Made by a program: the position numbers and the translations under genes
The notes under the pieces: generated by a model
Told to the model about the DNA's origin: nothing
The model's input: only the letters and a program-made list of their open reading frames with translations
The model's database searches: none
In this document: piece by piece, positions 6,245 through 14,401 of the stretch
Layout of the letters: every line of letters begins with the position of its first letter
Position numbering within the stretch: position 1 is the stretch's first letter
Assembly (NCBI GenBank): GCA_031553675.1
Contig: JAVBLF010000032.1
Location: 1 to 15,091 of the forward strand
Direction of reading: 5' to 3'
Length of the DNA: 15,091 nt
DNA from: Eubacteriales bacterium
Lineage (GTDB): Bacteria; Bacillota; Clostridia; Christensenellales; CALWSW01

Positions 6245-6279
6245 AAAGTGTTGAAACGACGCAGACAGGAGGGAAGGCC

Positions 6280-6579
6280 ATGGCGTGCTGCAAGGGAGAG
6301 ACGATCGGCGCTCTGGCGGCGGCGATTCGGATTGCGATCGGCGATGCGGAGCGCGACGCGCTCTGTGAGGCGGTCGCGGCGGCGTGGGACGCGATCGATG
6401 CGCGCTTGCCACAGAACGACGCGGGCATACGCGAAACGTTCGGGATGATCGAGGGACGCAACGCCTTTCGCGAGGACATTCCCCACGAAAGGACGGGACG
6501 TTCTGACATGCTGTCGAACGCGCCCGATCGCGACGGCAGGGCCTTCCTCGTGCCCTTTGACCGAAAGGCCACGCCATGA
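6280..6579 (+). CDS. gatC: Asp-tRNA(Asn)/Glu-tRNA(Gln) amidotransferase subunit C
   Basis: 99 aa. The C-terminal ...DMLSNAPDRDGRAFLVPFD is the conserved GatC ending. The stop TGA overlaps the gatA start as ATGA. The RBS is GGAGGG. Confidence 0.85.
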   Translation: MACCKGETIGALAAAIRIAIGDAERDALCEAVAAAWDAIDARLPQNDAGIRETFGMIEGRNAFREDIPHERTGRSDMLSNAPDRDGRAFLVPFDRKATP

Positions 6580-8027
6580 AGCGATGGAATGAGCCGATGC
6601 ACCGATGGGTCGACAGACTGCGGCGCAAAGAAGTTTCGGCCGTGGAACTCACGCACTGTGCGTTGGCGCGCATCGAGGCGCTGGAAGAACGGATCGGCGC
6701 GTTTGTGACCGTGTCGCCCGACTTGGCGATCGCGCAGGCCGAGGCGGTCGATGCGGCGCGGATGCGCGGCGAAGTGCTGCCGCCCCTCGCGGGCATTCCC
6801 TTCGCGCTGGAAGACAACATTTGTACGCGCGGCGTGCGGACGACCTGTGCGTCCCGCATGCTGGCGGACTTCCTGCCGCCGACCGACGCGACGATCGCGG
6901 AGCGCTTGCGGGCGGGTGGCGCGGTTTTGGTCGGCAAGGCCAATTTGGGCGAATTCGGCATGGGGGACGCGACGGATACGTCGTGTTTTGGCGTGGCGCG
7001 AAACCCCTGGGACGCCGGGCGCGTTTCGGGCGCTTCGAGCAGTGGGAGCGCGGCTGCGGTTGCGGCGGGCGTGGCGTTTTTTTCGGTCGCCACCGACGCG
7101 GATGGATCGATTCGGAAAGCGGCGTCCTTTTGCGGTGTCGTCGGGCTCAAGCCGAGCTACGGGCGGATCTCGCGATCGGGCGTCGTGGCCTTCGCGTCTT
7201 CGCTCGTCCAAGCGGGGCCGCTGGCCCGGAATGTCGCGGACGCCGCCCTCGTCTACGAAACGATCGTCGGGCGCGACCCGCTGGACGTCGCGACCTGGCA
7301 GGGCGGCGAGACAGCGATCGCCCGCGGTGCCGATCTACGGGGTTTGCGCCTGGGGCATCTGGCGGCGCTGGAAAGCGCCTGTGCGCAAGACGTACAGAAA
7401 GCGTGGCGGCGGGCGTCGGAGGCGCTGGAACGCGCAGGCGCGATCGTCGAAGACGTTGCGCTCGAGGGTTTGGCAGGGGCGGGCGCCGCCTGTGACGCCA
7501 TTGCGTCGGCCGAGGCAGTCTCGAATCTCGGACGTTTCGACGGCCTTCGCTTTGGCCACCGCGCAGCATGCGGCGGCGATTGGGACGACAGGATCGCGGC
7601 CAACCGGGGCGAGGGCTTTGGCGCAGTCGTCAAGCAGAGGCTTCTTCTGGGGGCGGCGCTCTTGTCGGAGGGCGATCTGCTGCGGCGGGCCCGCCTGACG
7701 CGGAGCCGCATCATCGACGCGTGGGCGGATGCTTTCCAGCGCTACGATCTGCTGATCGTGCCGGTCAGCGCCGGGACGGCGTTTCGTTTCGGAGAGACGC
7801 CCCCGCGAACGGCGATCGACGATTGCACGATGGCAGTCAACCTGGCCGGTCTGCCCGCGATCAGCGTTCCGGTGGGCTTCGATGAGAAGGGGCTTCCGAT
7901 CGGCGTCCAGATCGTCGGGGCGCGCTGGCAGGAGAGCCGCGTCTTTCGCGCGGCGTTTGCCGTCGAAGAGGCGATGGAAACACGACCTTTGCCTGAGGGA
8001 GGGGGGTGTCGCCGTGCAGGGGGATAG
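6576..8027 (+). CDS. gatA: Glutamyl-tRNA(Gln) amidotransferase subunit A (amidase signature family)
   Basis: 483 aa. It carries the amidase signature GIPFALEDNICTRGVRTTCASRML...GGSSGGSAAAV-like stretch (GASSSGSAAAVAAG) and the catalytic K-S-S context (VGKANLGEFGMG). Confidence 0.95.
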   Translation: MKRWNEPMHRWVDRLRRKEVSAVELTHCALARIEALEERIGAFVTVSPDLAIAQAEAVDAARMRGEVLPPLAGIPFALEDNICTRGVRTTCASRMLADFLPPTDATIAERLRAGGAVLVGKANLGEFGMGDATDTSCFGVARNPWDAGRVSGASSSGSAAAVAAGVAFFSVATDADGSIRKAASFCGVVGLKPSYGRISRSGVVAFASSLVQAGPLARNVADAALVYETIVGRDPLDVATWQGGETAIARGADLRGLRLGHLAALESACAQDVQKAWRRASEALERAGAIVEDVALEGLAGAGAACDAIASAEAVSNLGRFDGLRFGHRAACGGDWDDRIAANRGEGFGAVVKQRLLLGAALLSEGDLLRRARLTRSRIIDAWADAFQRYDLLIVPVSAGTAFRFGETPPRTAIDDCTMAVNLAGLPAISVPVGFDEKGLPIGVQIVGARWQESRVFRAAFAVEEAMETRPLPEGGGCRRAGG

Positions 8028-9450
8028 CGCTTTCGAAGCGGTGATCGGCCTGGAAATCCACGTCGAACTCCAGACGAAAAGCAAGCTCTACTGCGCTTGC
8101 CCGACGCGCTTCGGCGCTGCCGAAAATGCGCAGATCTGTCCGGTTTGCGCGGGCTTCCCGGGTGCTTTGCCCGTGCTGAACTGCGAGGCGATATGGCTGG
8201 CGGCGAAGGCGGGCTTGGTGCTGGGCTGCGAGATCGCGTCCGAATCGCGCCAGGACCGCAAGCATTACGTTTACCCCGATCTGCCCAAGGGCTACCAGAC
8301 CTCCCAGGACGAACCGCTCTGCGGCCCGGGGCGGTTGGCGTTCGAATCGAATGGCGTGGAGAAAACGGCGCGGATCGCGCGCGTACACATCGAGGAGGAT
8401 GCGGGGAAGCTCAACTACGGCGACGGCGACGCGCGAATCGACCTCAACCGCTGCGGCCTGCCGTTGATCGAGGTCGTGACCGAACCTGAGTTTCGGACGG
8501 GCGAGGATGCTGCCGCTTTTGCCGAGGAACTCCGCAACGCGCTCGTCGAGGCGGGCGTCACGAATGGCCGCATGGAAGAGGGGGCGTTGCGTTGCGATGT
8601 GAACCTGTCGCTGCGGCCCGTGGGCGCGAACGCGATGGGGGAGCGGACAGAGATGAAAAACCTGAATTCCTTCGGTGCCATCCGTCGCGCCATCGCTTGG
8701 GAAGTCGACCGCCAGGGGGCGATCCTGCGCGGCGGAGGGACGATCGTCCGGCAGACTCTGCGTTGGGACGATCGGGCGCGCCGCGGCGAAGTGATGCGCC
8801 GGAAAGAAGCGGCGGCGGACTACCGTTTCCTGCCCGACCCTGACATCCCGCCCATCGCACTCGACCCGCAAGCGATCGCTGCCCTCCGCGCGACCTTGCC
8901 GATCTTGGCGTCGGAGCGCCGCAGAATCGGCCGCGAACAGGGCCTTTCGCCCTACGAGGCGCGGCAGATCGCGAGCGTACCGGAAGAATTCGCGTTGTGG
9001 CGGGACATGGTTGCGGGCGGTGCCCCGCCCCAAGCGGCGGCCAGGCTGCTGCTGGGCGATCTGCGGCGACTCGCCAATATGCGCGGCCAGCCCCTGCCCC
9101 TCGACGCGACGCAGCTTTGCGGCGTCGTCGCGCTGACCGAGTCGGGAGCGTTGAACCTCACGATGGCGGCGCGGCTTCTCGAAGCGCTGATCCGACCGGA
9201 AAACGAAGGCAGGGCACCGGATGCGCTTGCCCAAACGATGGGTCTGTCGCGCGTCACGGACGATGGCGCGATCGAAGCCCTTTGTGCGAAGGCGATACGC
9301 GTACTCCCACGGGCGGCGGAGGACGTCCGAAACGGCAAGAAAAAAGCGCTGTCGGCCCTCGTCGGCCAGGCGATGCAAGAGAGCGGTGGGCGTGCCGATC
9401 CGTCGAAACTGCGCGACTTCCTGCTCACGATGTTGATCACCCGAGCGTGA
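8014..9450 (+). CDS. gatB: Asp-tRNA(Asn)/Glu-tRNA(Gln) amidotransferase subunit B
   Basis: The conserved N-terminus FEAVIGLEIHVEL...CPVCAGFPGALPVLN is followed by GatB-specific domains. The start is proposed at in-frame GTG 8014, preceded by GAGGGAGGGGGG at 7995-8006 and overlapping the gatA end by 14 nt. The track ORF start 7882 would add a non-conserved Arg-rich N-extension, so the track coordinates were shortened. Confidence 0.9.
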   Translation: MQGDSAFEAVIGLEIHVELQTKSKLYCACPTRFGAAENAQICPVCAGFPGALPVLNCEAIWLAAKAGLVLGCEIASESRQDRKHYVYPDLPKGYQTSQDEPLCGPGRLAFESNGVEKTARIARVHIEEDAGKLNYGDGDARIDLNRCGLPLIEVVTEPEFRTGEDAAAFAEELRNALVEAGVTNGRMEEGALRCDVNLSLRPVGANAMGERTEMKNLNSFGAIRRAIAWEVDRQGAILRGGGTIVRQTLRWDDRARRGEVMRRKEAAADYRFLPDPDIPPIALDPQAIAALRATLPILASERRRIGREQGLSPYEARQIASVPEEFALWRDMVAGGAPPQAAARLLLGDLRRLANMRGQPLPLDATQLCGVVALTESGALNLTMAARLLEALIRPENEGRAPDALAQTMGLSRVTDDGAIEALCAKAIRVLPRAAEDVRNGKKKALSALVGQAMQESGGRADPSKLRDFLLTMLITRA

Positions 9451-9523
9451 GCCCGCCGCGAAAGCGTGCGGCTGATGCATGTGCAACCCAAGACGTAACG
9501 TAGAATGGAAAGGGGACATTTTG

Positions 9524-10285
9524 ATGAAAGCAAAACGAATCATTCCGTGCCTGGATACGCGCGATGGGCGCGTCGTCAAAGGTGTCAAGTTTGTGGACAT
9601 CCGCGACGCCGGCGATCCGGTCGAGACAGCGCGTCGCTTCGACGCAGAAGGCGCCGACGAGCTGGTCTTCCTCGACATCACGGCCACGAACGAGGGCCGC
9701 AAAACGACGCTCGACGCCGCGCGACGGGTCGTGGAAGCGATCTCGATCCCGCTGACCGTAGGGGGCGGCATCTCCGACCTCGACGGCATGGCGGCGATCT
9801 TCGACGCAGGGGTGAGCAAAGTGTCGATCAACTCGGCGGCGATCCGGCGTCCGGCGCTGATCGACGAGGCGGTGGCGCGTTTCGGCAGCGATCGCATCGT
9901 CGTCGCGATCGACTGCCAGGCGCGCGAAGGCGTCTATGAAGTGCTGATCAACGGCGGCCAGGTGCAGGCTGGGCGCGACATGCTCGCATGGGCGCTCGAA
10001 GTCGAGAATCGCGGCGCGGGGGAGATCCTGTTGACGTCGAAGGACGCCGACGGCACGAAAAACGGCTATGACCTCACGGCGACGCGCATGCTGGCCGATG
10101 CGCTTCGCATTCCGGTGATCGCGTCGGGCGGCGCGGGCAGGAAAGAAGACTTCTTCGCCGCCTTTGCGGAAGGCAAAGCCGACGCGGCGTTGGCGGCGTC
10201 CCTCTTCCATTTCCGCGAGGTCGCGATCCCCGAATTGAAAGATTATTTGGAAGAACAAGGCATTCCGGTTCGCAGGGCAAAATGA
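9524..10285 (+). CDS. hisF: Imidazole glycerol phosphate synthase cyclase subunit HisF
   Basis: [23 protein letters not shown]...[11 protein letters not shown]...IPLTVGGGI...GYDL...[10 protein letters not shown] is near-canonical HisF. The start is taken as ATG 9524, preceded by GGAAAGGGGA; the track start 9479 adds 15 non-conserved residues. No other his gene is in the window. Confidence 0.9.
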   Translation: MKAKRIIPCLDTRDGRVVKGVKFVDIRDAGDPVETARRFDAEGADELVFLDITATNEGRKTTLDAARRVVEAISIPLTVGGGISDLDGMAAIFDAGVSKVSINSAAIRRPALIDEAVARFGSDRIVVAIDCQAREGVYEVLINGGQVQAGRDMLAWALEVENRGAGEILLTSKDADGTKNGYDLTATRMLADALRIPVIASGGAGRKEDFFAAFAEGKADAALAASLFHFREVAIPELKDYLEEQGIPVRRAK

Positions 10286-10303
10286 AGGACGACAAGAAAC
10301 CGT

Positions 10304-10323
10304 GGTTCGCGAAGCCGCGAACC
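10304..10323 (+). promoter_or_regulatory. 8-bp GC-rich stem-loop (GGTTCGCG-AAGC-CGCGAACC) in the 58-nt hisF-glmS spacer
   Basis: Read directly. There is no U-tract downstream. It lies 20 nt upstream of the glmS start (RBS AAGGAG at 10329-10334). Confidence 0.3.
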
Positions 10324-10343
10324 GACGTAAGGAGTGAGCGCGT

Positions 10344-12185
10344 ATGTGTGGGATCGTCGGATATGTCGGACATGAAAACTGTGTGGAACACCTGATCAAG
10401 GGCTTGCGCAGCCTCGAATACCGCGGTTACGACTCGGCTGGGGTCGCGGTGATCGACGGTGGGATTCTCCGCATCCGCAAGGCAAAAGGACGCCTCGCCA
10501 TGCTCGAAGGGCTGATCGAAGCCCTACCGGTCGATGGGACGATCGGCATCGGACACACGCGCTGGGCAACCCACGGCGAGCCCAACGACGTCAATGCCCA
10601 CCCCCACGCCGACATCGGAGGCAAGCTCGCGATCGTCCACAACGGCATCATCGAAAACTACTTCGCGCTCAAACGCAGGCTGGAGGCGAGCGGCGTCGTC
10701 TTCGCGTCGGAAACCGATACCGAAGTGATCGCGCAGCTATTGGGGCACTACTATGACGGCGACATGAAGGCGACCCTCTATCGGGTGTTGCCCTTGCTGG
10801 AAGGGTCGTTTGCCTTGGCGGTGCTCGACGTCTCGCAGCCTGGGACGCTCTTCGCCGCGCGCAAAAACAGCCCGCTCGTCGTGGGAAAGGGCGAAAACGC
10901 CCACCTCGTCGCCAGCGACATTCCGGCGCTGCTGTCCTATAGCCGCGACGTCTATTTCATGGAAGACGGCGAGGTCGCCGTGCTGACCGAAAGCGACGCG
11001 CAGTTTTTCGATGCGTTCGGCAACGCGCTCGACAAGGACATGACGCGCATCGATTGGAAGGTCGACGCGGCGGAAAAGGGCGGCTACCCGCACTTTATGC
11101 TCAAAGAGATCTGCGAGGAGCCCGAGGCGCTGCGAAACACGTTGGCGCACTATGTACAGCTCGACAACCCGCCGCGCTTCCGCGAAGGCAGCCTGCCGTT
11201 CACGAAGGAAGAGATCGCGGGCGTATCGCGCGTGACGATCCTCGCCTGCGGGACGGCTTACCACGCCGGCATGCTGGGGCGTGCGCTCATCGAGGCGGCG
11301 ACCGGCATGCCCGTACAGGTCGAAATCGCGAGCGAGTACCGCTACGGATCTTCGCCGGTGCTGGAAGGGGAACTGTGCGTCGTCGTCAGCCAATCGGGCG
11401 AGACGGCCGACACGATCGCCGCCATGCGAAAGGCGCGGTCGGTCGGGACGAAGGTCGTCGCGCTCTGCAACGTGATCGGCAGCACGATCGCGCGCGAAGC
11501 CGACGCCGTGCTCTACACGCTGGCAGGGCCAGAGATCGCCGTTGCCTCGACGAAAGCCTACGTCACCCAAGTGCTGCTTTTCGAGCTTCTCGCGCTCGAC
11601 TGGGGGCAAAAGCGCGGGCGGATCGACGGCGCGACACTGGCGGAGCGGCTCGGAGCGCTCTCCGCGCTTCCGGAAAAGGCCGCGGCCTTGATCGAAGAGA
11701 GCCAGATCGAGCGCATCCAACAGCTTGCAAGCCGCGTCTTCGATTCGAAGAGCGTGTTCTTCATCGGGCGCGGCCTCGACTACGCCACGGCCCTCGAAGC
11801 GGCGCTCAAGCTCAAGGAGATCTCCTACATCCATTCGGAATCCTATGCCGCGGGCGAGCTGAAGCACGGCACGATTGCCCTCGTCGAGGAAGGGACGCTC
11901 GTCGTCGCCATGGCGACCCAGGGTGGTGTGCGCGACAAAATGGCGAGCAACATCGAAGAAGTGAGGGTGCGCGGCGCGCACGTGCTCACCATCCTGCCCG
12001 AAGGCGATTCGACGGGCAGCATGGAGCAGGCTGGCGAGCTTTGGCGCATCCCCCGCACCGACGACGCGCTGGCACCGCTCTTGTCGATCATACCGCTCCA
12101 ACTCTTCGCCTATTTCATGGCGCTGGAAAAGGGCTGCGACATCGACAAACCGCGCAACCTGGCCAAGAGCGTGACGGTCGAGTAG
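10344..12185 (+). CDS. glmS: Glutamine--fructose-6-phosphate aminotransferase (isomerizing)
   Basis: 613 aa. MCGIVGYVG carries the N-terminal nucleophile Cys2 of class II glutamine amidotransferases. It has two SIS domains and the C-terminal ...KPRNLAKSVTVE. Confidence 0.95.
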   Translation: MCGIVGYVGHENCVEHLIKGLRSLEYRGYDSAGVAVIDGGILRIRKAKGRLAMLEGLIEALPVDGTIGIGHTRWATHGEPNDVNAHPHADIGGKLAIVHNGIIENYFALKRRLEASGVVFASETDTEVIAQLLGHYYDGDMKATLYRVLPLLEGSFALAVLDVSQPGTLFAARKNSPLVVGKGENAHLVASDIPALLSYSRDVYFMEDGEVAVLTESDAQFFDAFGNALDKDMTRIDWKVDAAEKGGYPHFMLKEICEEPEALRNTLAHYVQLDNPPRFREGSLPFTKEEIAGVSRVTILACGTAYHAGMLGRALIEAATGMPVQVEIASEYRYGSSPVLEGELCVVVSQSGETADTIAAMRKARSVGTKVVALCNVIGSTIAREADAVLYTLAGPEIAVASTKAYVTQVLLFELLALDWGQKRGRIDGATLAERLGALSALPEKAAALIEESQIERIQQLASRVFDSKSVFFIGRGLDYATALEAALKLKEISYIHSESYAAGELKHGTIALVEEGTLVVAMATQGGVRDKMASNIEEVRVRGAHVLTILPEGDSTGSMEQAGELWRIPRTDDALAPLLSIIPLQLFAYFMALEKGCDIDKPRNLAKSVTVE

Positions 12186-12196
12186 GCGCCAAGATC

Positions 12197-12226
12197 TTGC
12201 GAGATATTGGATTGCAATTGTATAAA
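12197..12226 (+). promoter_or_regulatory. Promoter-like element TTGCGA - 18 nt - TATAAA just downstream of the glmS stop
   Basis: Boxes at 12197-12202 and 12221-12226 in an AT-rich spacer. Confidence 0.2.
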
Positions 12227-12261
12227 TTTAGGAAATGAAACGTCAATTTTTCTCGAAATGC

Positions 12262-12290
12262 TTGGCATTTTATAAGAAGAATGTTAGAAT
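12262..12290 (+). promoter_or_regulatory. Promoter-like element TTGGCA - 17 nt - TAGAAT
   Basis: Boxes at 12262-12267 and 12285-12290. It would give a roughly 100-nt transcript ending at the terminator at 12369-12394. Confidence 0.3.
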
Positions 12291-12368
12291 GGAATCGGGA
12301 ACGGGGTTGCAAGCCGTCCCACGCAGTTTGTGCGTTTCCGCTAAACTGGAAATGCGAATTCATCACGT

Positions 12369-12394
12369 AAAGCCGCTCCGGTGGGGCGGCTTTT
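12369..12394. terminator. Bidirectional intrinsic terminator (AAAGCCGC - loop - GCGGCTTT followed by TTTTCC; A-run on the other side)
   Basis: An 8-bp perfect stem at 12369-12376/12386-12393 and a T-run at 12391-12394. On the minus strand the A-run 12369-12371 gives the U-tract for the convergent DUF975-like gene ending at 12420. Confidence 0.6.
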
Positions 12395-12419
12395 CCGCAT
12401 GCTGCGAAAAGGAAGCGGT

Positions 12420-13298
12420 TTACGATTGCGGCTGATTTGGCGCGATGCGGTTTGGCCCTGGCGCGTAGGCGTAGTGCGGCAGAGGCTCGCGTTCTTCGGC
12501 GGTTTGGAGCGCTCCGCGGCGGGCGGCACCGTAGTAGACGGCGCTGGCCGTCATGCGATAGGGGAGGATATAGACGTTGGCGAGGCCGAGTGTCGTGAAG
12601 GAAAGAAGACGAAGCGGCGTAAAGCTGAGCTGAAACGCGAGGTAAGAAAGGCGTCGGGCGCGCATGAGCGCCTTGCTCGCCCGCAAGAGTTCGCGACCGG
12701 ATGCGCTGGGGAGGTCGTGAAGCAGATAGGGCGTCATTGCATAGCGCGCCACCCGCCATACCCCCCAAAACAAGCCGACGATCGCGAGCGCAAGCGCCGC
12801 GAAGGAAGCGGCCGTCGCGGGCGGATGGGCGAACGAAGGGCTGTGCAGAAGGACGTAGGCGAAAAAGAAAAAGGCGCACGGCGCGAAGTGAAGCGCGGTC
12901 CAGAGCGAAAGCCAGGCGTTGGTGCGAAAATAGCGGGCATAGGAGGAAAAACAGACGAGCGCGTCATAGATACCGGCTCGGTTGCGGTGGCGACGCAGCA
13001 TCAAAAAGTAAGCGCGCAAAGACAAGGTTATCGGTCCGCCCAGGCCCAGCCAGATCGACGTGACGATCGCCGAATGGAGCAGCGCGCGCTGCGACACGTC
13101 GCGAAGGATCAAAAGCTGGGGTGTGCGGGCGAAAATCCCTCTGAGATCGCGCAGGGCCGGCACCCAAATGGCGACGGTGCACAACAAAAACGGCAATGTC
13201 GTGACGAGAAAGAGGGGGAAAACCGTCAAATAGGTGCGCAAACAGCGGCCTTTCACCCTTCGGCGGGCTTTTTGCTTGATTTGCCTTCGATCCAGCAT
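12420..13298 (-). CDS. DUF975-like polytopic membrane protein, paralog A (292 aa)
   Basis: Multiple hydrophobic helices. The C-terminal block ...SKALMRARRLSYLAFQLSFTPLRLL...ANVYILPYRMTASAVYYGAARRG aligns with the equivalent blocks of the two downstream paralogs (MMGHRWEYFVLSLSF...IYVMPYESVTYAAYYDYLRG and MMRGHRWELFETQLSF...VYVYPYIHLTMGGYYEYLRG). The RBS AGGAG lies 8 nt upstream of ATG 13298. DUF975 membership is recognised from memory of the family motif. Confidence 0.7.
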   Translation of the reverse strand: MLDRRQIKQKARRRVKGRCLRTYLTVFPLFLVTTLPFLLCTVAIWVPALRDLRGIFARTPQLLILRDVSQRALLHSAIVTSIWLGLGGPITLSLRAYFLMLRRHRNRAGIYDALVCFSSYARYFRTNAWLSLWTALHFAPCAFFFFAYVLLHSPSFAHPPATAASFAALALAIVGLFWGVWRVARYAMTPYLLHDLPSASGRELLRASKALMRARRLSYLAFQLSFTPLRLLSFTTLGLANVYILPYRMTASAVYYGAARRGALQTAEEREPLPHYAYAPGPNRIAPNQPQS

Positions 13299-13333
13299 AG
13301 TCCAATCTCCTGAAGCGATTTCAACATAGCAAC

Positions 13334-13362
13334 ATTATAGGCGGTATAGATGCGAATGTAAA
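13334..13362 (-). promoter_or_regulatory. Near-consensus sigma-A promoter for paralog A (TTTACA - 17 nt - TATAAT)
   Basis: On the minus strand the -10 TATAAT is plus 13334-13339 and the -35 TTTACA is plus 13357-13362, read directly. Confidence 0.5.
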
Positions 13363-13385
13363 TAGATTCATTGCTTTCCAAATTT

Positions 13386-13424
13386 CGAAAAAGGGCATGC
13401 CCGAACGTGTCAGGCATGCCCTTT
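13386..13424 (-). terminator. Intrinsic terminator of paralog B (12-bp perfect stem AAAGGGCATGCC / GGCATGCCCTTT, 11-nt loop, U-tract on minus strand)
   Basis: Stem at 13390-13401/13413-13424, all 12 bp verified. The minus-strand transcript reads the hairpin and then UUUUUCG. Confidence 0.65.
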
Positions 13425-13437
13425 GCTTGGCGAGGGC

Positions 13438-14232
13438 TTAGGTGGTTTCGATGCCGGGGGTTTCGCGGTAGTTCATGCCGCGCAGATAGTCGTAGTAAGC
13501 GGCGTAGGTGACAGATTCATAAGGCATGACGTAGATGTAGGCGATCCCGCAGGTGATGCTCGCGAGCAGATCCCAGAGGATGAAGCTCAAGCTGAGAACG
13601 AAATACTCCCAGCGGTGGCCCATCATGAGGCGCTTGCTCTCGTTCAAGGCGCCACTCGCGCCGATTTCGGGGTTTTCCCAGATGGCGTAGGGCGCCATCG
13701 AGTAAAGCATCACGCGGATCAGCGCGTAGACATAGGCGGCGAGCGAGGCGATGAGCAACACGACGCCGATGATCGTCGGATACCCCGTGGTCAAGAGCCC
13801 TAGGCCGACCGAGTACAGCACGATGAAGGGCAAGAGCCAGATCATCGCCCAGAGCACGGTCCAAAGCATCGTCGCGATGAAGGGACCCATGTGCTGGAAA
13901 CCGGACAACGCATCGCCGAGGGTGGCGGGCTGGCGGCGGGCAATCTTCACATAGTAGCCGCAGAGCGAGGTGCTCAAGGGACTGATCAGAATGGCGTAGA
14001 CGAAGATGATGCCCGACATGCCGAGCATGACAAAGGGGTTGGCGCTTTCCGCCCAGGCTTCCATGCCGTTGGGACCGTACGCGATGAGGGCGGGCGCGAC
14101 GCTCATGCCGTAGATGAGCATCATGGGCAGGGTGATGATCAGGCTGACGAGGAAGCCGACGAGAAAGATGCGGAACCACTGACCTTGGATGATGTTGCGC
14201 ACTTCTCGTTTCAGGCCGGCGCGATCGAACAT
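13438..14232 (-). CDS. DUF975-like polytopic membrane protein, paralog B (264 aa)
   Basis: At least 6 predicted TM helices and the conserved C-terminal motif block shared with paralogs A and C. The RBS AAAGGAGGA lies 5 nt upstream of ATG 14232. GC3 is high. Confidence 0.8.
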   Translation of the reverse strand: MFDRAGLKREVRNIIQGQWFRIFLVGFLVSLIITLPMMLIYGMSVAPALIAYGPNGMEAWAESANPFVMLGMSGIIFVYAILISPLSTSLCGYYVKIARRQPATLGDALSGFQHMGPFIATMLWTVLWAMIWLLPFIVLYSVGLGLLTTGYPTIIGVVLLIASLAAYVYALIRVMLYSMAPYAIWENPEIGASGALNESKRLMMGHRWEYFVLSLSFILWDLLASITCGIAYIYVMPYESVTYAAYYDYLRGMNYRETPGIETT

Positions 14233-14320
14233 GGGAATCCTCCTTTACTGGGGTGCATCATGGCGGATAAAACGTTGGCAAAGGACGAGGCGGTGGGTGC
14301 CACATCCATTTCCTGTAAGT

Positions 14321-14349
14321 ATTGTATCATAGTGAAACGGTGCGGTAAA
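14321..14349 (-). promoter_or_regulatory. Promoter for paralog B (TTTACC - 17 nt - extended -10 TGATACAAT)
   Basis: On the minus strand TACAAT is plus 14321-14326 with the TG extension at plus 14327-14329 (tca). The -35 TTTACC is plus 14344-14349. Its architecture parallels the paralog A promoter. Confidence 0.45.
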
Positions 14350-14401
14350 GACATAACGATCGTATGCCACAAGTGGGTGTTCCAAAGCAACATATGAGCG
14401 T

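Noticed and set aside
9451-9523. Promoter or terminator between gatB and hisF
   Set aside because: There is a weak GCCGC-N8-GCGGC stem without a U-tract and a TAGAAT -10-like hexamer without a convincing -35 at proper spacing. The evidence is too weak to call.
7861-9897. 678-aa minus-strand ORF antisense to gatB and hisF (and similar Arg/Pro-rich ORFs 6093-7211, 6191-7150, 7335-8084, 4328-5317, 4305-5051, 9437-10399, 10737-12101, 11054-12238, 12115-12879, 12381-13313)
   Set aside because: All overlap well-supported conserved genes on the other strand or in another frame. Their translations are Arg/Pro/Ala-rich low-complexity, characteristic of off-frame reading of GC-rich coding DNA.
10286-10343. 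glmS ribozyme upstream of glmS
   Set aside because: I looked for it because it is expected in Bacillus-like genomes. The 58-nt spacer is far too short and lacks the conserved core. Reported as an absence in findings, not as a feature.
14233-14401. Intrinsic terminator downstream of DUF975 paralog C
   Set aside because: Only a short 4-bp CCAC-TTG-GTGG hairpin was found; there is no convincing stem plus U-tract, so none is reported.
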